Shown here one piece after another: positions 62,364 through 64,000 of a stretch of 64,000 nucleotides of DNA. A program made the translations under genes and the position numbers. The notes beneath the pieces are model-generated. The model saw nothing but the letters and a program-made list of their open reading frames with translations, was not told the DNA's origin and did not search any database. This DNA comes from Octopus bimaculoides (lineage: Eukaryota): positions 8,683,409 through 8,747,408 of the forward strand of contig NC_068987.1 in assembly GCF_001194135.2 (NCBI RefSeq), read 5' to 3'. Within the stretch, counting starts at the first letter, position 1. The number at the start of each line of letters is the position of its first letter.

Positions 62364-63824
62364 TGTTGTAGGCTTATGAAGTTATGTACTTCTGGAATTT
62401 ATTTGTAGTTTCAAAAAAAATAAAAGACGAGTGAAAATATTTGGTCCCTAAATAAAGCAAATCAAGCTACTACTGAATGTGAGAGATTGTCTTCTTCTTC
62501 TTTTCTTAGGGTAGTTCCTCAGGAATTATAGTTGCACTGCCAATGCAATGCAGGGCAGTCTCTACCTTTCTCTCTAGGTGCTTTTTTTTTCTGCTGGTGT
62601 GGTTTGCTTACTGCTTCATAAATGAAACTGATTAAGAATGTATGTATATGTACCTACAATATGAGCAGCCTCCCTCTACCTATTAGATATTCCCCTAACA
62701 GCTGCTGAACCAAACTTTATCCCACCCATCCTCTGTACATCTATTACTTTCTCTCTCTTACATTCTCTATACCAGCATGCTACCCTTCAGTGCCCAGGTC
62801 TGCTAATAGAGGCCTTCTACTAATCCTTACTGACAGTCTCACCAGCCATTCCACCTTACCATCAGCTTCATTACTCACACTGTTAAAAAGAGGAACTGTT
62901 GCTATTGGCTGCATCATTTGTTATCTATCAAGGAGGCGAAAACTGTACAGATATACTACATGAGATTCTTTCCACAAAGTTACACAAACATCACATTTAG
63001 AGGAACTTGATGACAGTATGAAGAAACAGTTGTTTCTATCTCTGACTTTTACAAGATAACCTGAAACCAGCAAAGAATCAGCATAATATAAAAATGGATA
63101 TCATGCTCTTAGTAAAGTGAGGAAAGGAAGAAGAAAAACAAAACATTACAGCAGCTTCAAGGATTTTAATAAGACCAGGAAAACAAATATAAATAGAAAA
63201 CTTTAATAGAAAATCTTTAATAATATCTACAGGTAAAAGTTTATATTTTCAGTCAAATAGATGTAGGTATTTTAAATATATATTTTGAATTTATTTAAAG
63301 AAAATATTGATTCTTATTTTTACATATTTATGTATATTTCCTTAGTTACACATATCATACTTGGAAAGGTGATATGAGAATATTTAAGCTTAAATTTCTT
63401 TCACTCATCTAGGTGTATCTAAGATGTTAATAATAAAAAAACATATATAACTTAGCTTTATGAATGCAATTTTGATAGCTTACTTTAGATCTAACAAGAT
63501 ACACTAATATCAGAATAAAAATATGAAAATATATTAAACTTATAGAGAACAATACATAAATTATCAAAACAAAGAGAAATTAACAGATGTACTAGAAATT
63601 TTAAATAGATACAATTTATGAAGTATAGTGAATGAATATATATTTATTTAGAGAACTTTAAACAGTATCTTTTTTACCTAACTATAACTGTAGTGTATCT
63701 GTCGGAAATATATCATAAATATTGGGTGAGACGGAAAATGAAAAGGAAAACATTTTGTATAAAAATTTTTTAAATATTATAAAACTTGTAATGTGTGCAT
63801 GTGAGCGTGTTTGTAAGAATATAG

Positions 63825-64000
63825 GCGTGGGTATAGGAGTTAGAGAGCTTGCTTCTCAACCACATGGTTTTGGGTTCAGTTCCACCGCAGCATCCTAGGC
63901 AATGCCTTCTACTAAGCAAAGGCATGGATGTGCAGTTAAGAAGTTTGCTTCTGAAGGACATGGTTTTGAGTTCAAGCCTATTGTGGTACCCTGGGCAAAT
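63825..64000 (+). mobile_element. Two tandem SINE A heads (second runs off the window)
   Basis: gcttgcttctcaaccacatggttttgggttcagttcc and gtttgcttctgaaggacatggttttgagttcaagcc. Confidence 0.7.

Overview
AT-rich, microsatellite- and SINE-dense eukaryotic DNA with 7 N-gaps. The repeat families resemble octopus tRNA-derived SINEs, so a draft Octopus/cephalopod assembly is inferred, not proven. The window is almost entirely intronic sequence of one minus-strand gene, liprin-beta (PPFIBP1/2 family). Two coiled-coil exons with canonical splice sites and compatible phase are visible: 9721-9590 (ELLTRASLETDKQDLMAEVTSLKIKLTTAERERHELEEQLKSAH) and 6099-5991 (KRITELEKKLLLRDAELHELKQRLTKNGTILSTDSA). I found no conserved upstream liprin-beta exon in the remaining ~54 kb. 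Instead there are candidate alternative N-terminal exons that would splice in phase 0 onto the ELLTR exon; the best is 62363-62274 (MSRPNPNANPRPASTGVFVGMWESKLQEVM). The rest is transposon debris: several SINE families, about 11 TTAA-flanked piggyBac-type MITEs, hAT MITEs with 8-bp TSDs, an internally deleted DD37D (maT) Tc1/mariner, Dong/R4-type LINE 3' ends in (TAA)n, and RTE and CR1/L2 LINE fragments. I saw no rRNA, tRNA gene, CRISPR array or prokaryote-type system. Repeat coordinates were read by eye and are approximate (about +/-10-20 bp); exon, TSD and hairpin coordinates were counted base by base.
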